From assembly GCA_001724265.1 (NCBI GenBank), contig MEDY01000164.1, positions 62,001 through 126,000 of the forward strand: a DNA stretch of 64,000 nt, written 5' to 3'. Within the stretch, counting starts at the first letter, position 1. Each line of letters opens with the position of its first letter. A model generated the notes under the pieces. That model saw only the letters and a list, made by a program, of their open reading frames with translations. It was not told the origin of the DNA and searched no databases. Both the position numbers and the translations under genes were made by a program. This stretch comes from Rhizaria sp. SCN 62-66 (lineage: Eukaryota). Below are positions 60,601-64,000 of this stretch, in pieces.

Positions 60601-62559
60601 TTACGCCTTGATGTGCGCGTCAACAAAGGCGCGCAGACGCGTGGCAAACTCCTCCAGCTTCGCCGGAGGAGCGCAGAAGACGACACGGAAGAAGTTCTCA
60701 GCCTAAATGAGACAGCATAACAAAAGTGACAAGATGAACATAAAAACAAGTCTAGTGAGCTCATATCATAACATATCATAATAAACCTTGACGCACAGAT
60801 ATAACATATCGACTTCAGCTGTTTCCCACATTTTCAAAAAATAGAAGTCACATATACGCGAGATATCTTAGGCGTCAGTGATATTTGACGGTGCGTACCT
60901 TGAAGCACTTGCCGGGCAGCACCATGACGTTCTGCTCGTTGAGGAAAAGCTCGGTGAAGGCCGTGTCGTTGGGGATATCGCGGAAGGCCTCCGTGTCGAT
61001 GCGGATCATGGCGTACATGGCGCCGCGCGGGGTGATGAGCTCCAGACCGGGGATGCCAGTGCACGCCCTAAAATAAGGCGAAAATAGCGAAGCAAAAATG
61101 CAGAAACAGTGAGTGATAAAGATATAAACACATTTTTCAGTAACTGCAACCATGTAAACACAAAAATGGCAAGAAAACATCTCAAAACATATCTCTTGAT
61201 GTCAGAATAAGTGTGACGCGTGAAAAGCGATCATAGCATGACCGACGTACTTGATGACGAAGTTAGCGTGCTCCTCGAGCGTGGCGTTGAGCTTGTCGTA
61301 GTAGTCCTCGGGCACGGCCGTCAGGAAGCGCGTCACAGCGGCCTGCATGAGCGTCGACGTGCCCAGCACGACCTGCGTGAGCGACGTGAGCGGGCCGCGC
61401 AGCGACTTAAGAGCGCCCGCGCGGTCGCAGAGCAGCATCCAGCCGACACGCCAGCCAGGGACGAGGAACTGCTTGGCGGCACCGCCGATGGTGATGACGG
61501 GGACGTCGCCGGCCACGTCCGCGAAGGGCGTGAAGACCTCTCCCTTGAAGACCATGTCAGCGTAGATCTCGTCCGCGACGACGGGCAGGCGGTGCTTGCG
61601 AGCCATCGCGGCGACGGCGGCCACGTGCGCGGGCGCCCAGTTCGACCCCGTCGGGTTGCCCGGGTTGTTCAGCAGCAGGAACTTGATCGACCCGGCGGGC
61701 GCGGCGGTAATAAGTGCGTCCATGGCGTCCAGGTCGACCTCCCAGCTGCGCGAGGGGAGCAGGGGGTAGCGCACGGGGGTCAGGCCGAGGTGGCCCGCAA
61801 TCGTCTCGTAGAGGGAGAACGCCGGGGCGGGGGTCAGGAACGAGTCGCCGGGGTTGCAGAAAAGCTGCGCGGCCAGCAGCAGCGCCTGGGAAGAGTTTGG
61901 TTATAGTGGCAACAACAAAAGTAATAAGGGTAGATTTGGTAAGATATATGTTGGAATATGAAGACAAAAAGTTAATAAAATATAAACAATGCAGGGCCAC
62001 AAATAAAACTAAGAGAATGAAGTTACATCTAAAAGGATAAGGACTCCATCGAAGTCATATAAGTATTCTCTCACTTGAAGTTAAGACGCACCTGGGAGGC
62101 GCCGCAGGTGACGATGACGTCGTCGGCAGTGTACTTAGTCGCCTCGGACGACTCATACGCGGCAACGGCAGCGCGCGTGGAGGGCAGGCCGAGCGAGTTG
62201 GTGTATCCGTTGGCGTTGCCGGCCGCAGCGGCGTCGGCGACGGCGGCGGTGACCTCGGGGGCGGGGGGAAGGTTGCCGAAGACCGAGGGGTCGCCCAGGG
62301 CCAGGTCGATCAGAGCGTTCTTGTGGTTCTCGGGGCGCTTGATCTGTGTATAGCAACGCAATAAGCGGGGTGTGTAAGAGAGAAGTGGAGCAGAGAGTGA
62401 GATGGGGTGATGAAGTGAAAAGACGGGGTTACAGAAGCGAGATTCATGTGGGCCATAATTGGTGAGAGACAGAAGACGGACCTTGTCGACGACGGCGCGG
62501 ATGGGGTTGAGGGTGTTAACCGACATCTGGGACGGGGTGATATTCCACTCGGAAGACAT
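60601..62559 (-). CDS. TAT: Tyrosine aminotransferase (PLP fold I), about 411 aa. Exons 62559-62482, 62343-62092, 61885-61251, 61067-60899, 60702-60601
   Basis: NPIRAVVD, LALGDPSVFGNL, NNPGNPTGSNW, VADEIYADMVF, the PLP-lysine motif GGAAKQFLVPGWRVGW, PRGAMYAM and VLPGKCF. Four frame-preserving introns; stop is TAA. Confidence 0.95.
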
Positions 62560-63308
62560 ATTTACAACGCTACGTGAGCAGATGGCATGGCAGCGAGAGA
62601 AAGAGATGGAGTGAGCAAGAGAAGGGGCGACGTGAGAATGACGTAAAGGCGAAGGGAAAGAGGCGAGTTCGCTATCATAACAAACCATATGATGCTTATA
62701 TTGTTGATATATTCGCTAAAACCTCAAATGTTATGCTATACTTAACAGATTTTATCCAATAAAAGGTCTATAGCATGTGGGAGATAAAAAGCGAAGAGGT
62801 TTCGGGAACCCACATGACCCTAATATCCGGACGGCGAAAAAGGCTCGTGCGACATAAACTAAACGTCAACGCCGCCATCATTACTAATACAGGCAGAAAA
62901 GTTGCGGTGATATGCATACGTCATTATAAAATCCTAGAATAAGGATCTACTGTCGAGATGCATCTATTTCACGAACGCGCCAGATGCTTACCGAAGAGCA
63001 GGCCCAGTCCTGCCGGCCGAAAAATGGGTGGACCCGAAATGTATTTTCTCGGCCAAAGGAAGCGATATCTCGAGGTGTGAAGCGCGATATCCCATCGTTC
63101 AAACAGTGCCCACGCATCCCACTCTTCTTTTTTTCTATTATCTCACTCCCACTATTATCTTTTTCCCTCTTGACCCGCTCGTGTAGCCCGTTCAAGTCAC
63201 TGCCCCTTGCTGTGACTCAGAGCGACTCCTCTCAGACTCTCCAGTCCCATTCCAACCCAGTCGTCATCTCCTGTCCTCGCACCGCGCGCGCTCACCCAGC
63301 CGCCCCCG

Positions 63309-64000
63309 ATGTCCGGTGCGCCTCCCCGCGCCTCCGCGTCCACCGACGGGCGCGACGCCGCCGCCTCCCCCGCGTCCCCCATCTCTCCTGTATCTTCCCT
63401 CGTCTCGTCGTCGTCCGCGTCGTCCTCGCTCGTCGCGTCGTCGTCCGCAGCCTCGGACCTCACGGCGGGTGTGCTCGTTGCCCCCGTCCCGCTCCCGCTG
63501 CACCACCTGCATCCGCACTTCAACCCCCACAGCAACAGCAACAACAACGCTCATAACAGCATCAGCAGCAGCAGCAGTTCGAGTGCGAGTGCCAGTGCCA
63601 ATGCCAATGCCAGCGCCAATGTCAGCGTCGGCGGCGGTGGCGGCACCAAGCCGCGCTTCGCGAAGCCCGCGCTCTCCGGCCGCAGCAACTCCCCCTCGAC
63701 GGAGCTCGAGATCGGTTTATCGCCCTCGATCGCGCCGCACAACGCCTCCTCAGCGGCGGCCACCGCGGGCGCCATGTCACCGCACTTCATCGCGTCGCCG
63801 CACACGCTAACGGCGGCTGCGGCGTCGCCCGGCTCGGCAGCCGCGGCGGCGGGCTTTCCCGCGCTGTCTCTGTCGACGCTCTCGCTCGCCACCCAGCAGC
63901 AGCAACAGCAGCAGCACCTTCCGCCGCACGGCCACCATCGAAGCTCCCCCCGCGTCGTCGCGCAAGGCCACAGCGCAACCCCGAACTTCAACACGGCCGC
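63309..64000 (+). CDS. Low-complexity Ser/Ala-rich protein N-terminus, running off the window end
   Basis: ATG 63309 gives MSGAPPRASASTDGRDAAASPASP..., open to the window end, with the same composition (poly-S, poly-Q, NA/SA dipeptides) as neighbouring genes. Confidence 0.65.
   Translation, partial: MSGAPPRASASTDGRDAAASPASPISPVSSLVSSSSASSSLVASSSAASDLTAGVLVAPVPLPLHHLHPHFNPHSNSNNNAHNSISSSSSSSASASANANASANVSVGGGGGTKPRFAKPALSGRSNSPSTELEIGLSPSIAPHNASSAAATAGAMSPHFIASPHTLTAAAASPGSAAAAAGFPALSLSTLSLATQQQQQQQHLPPHGHHRSSPRVVAQGHSATPNFNTA

Overview
Eukaryotic (protist-like) nuclear DNA: GC-rich exons, AT-rich spacers, and 17 inferred GT-AG introns of 106-219 nt. I read 11 protein genes, two of them cut by the window edges. 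In order: a repeat-rich Ala/Glu protein (partial), a giant NOL9/Grc3 polynucleotide kinase, PPP1R36-like, an ARM-like protein, a trypsin-like protease, TSNAXIP1-like, an Sfi1-like centrin-binding protein, choline-phosphate cytidylyltransferase, a giant DENND4-like Rab GEF, tyrosine aminotransferase, and a low-complexity ORF (partial). Family calls come from motifs recognised by eye; no searches were run. Main unusual signals: (1) three genes carry one in-frame TAG while all nine complete genes end in TAA or TGA, suggesting UAG recoding, readthrough or editing; (2) all 17 donors have C at +4 (11 are GTACGT), while canonical GTAAGT sits unused in exons; (3) exons show an apparent excess of TAAG/CTTA that looks like CTCA->CTTA mutation; (4) acceptor-like YAG sites, mostly without a donor, precede most start codons (possible SL trans-splicing); (5) conserved proteins are inflated several-fold by low-complexity sequence.
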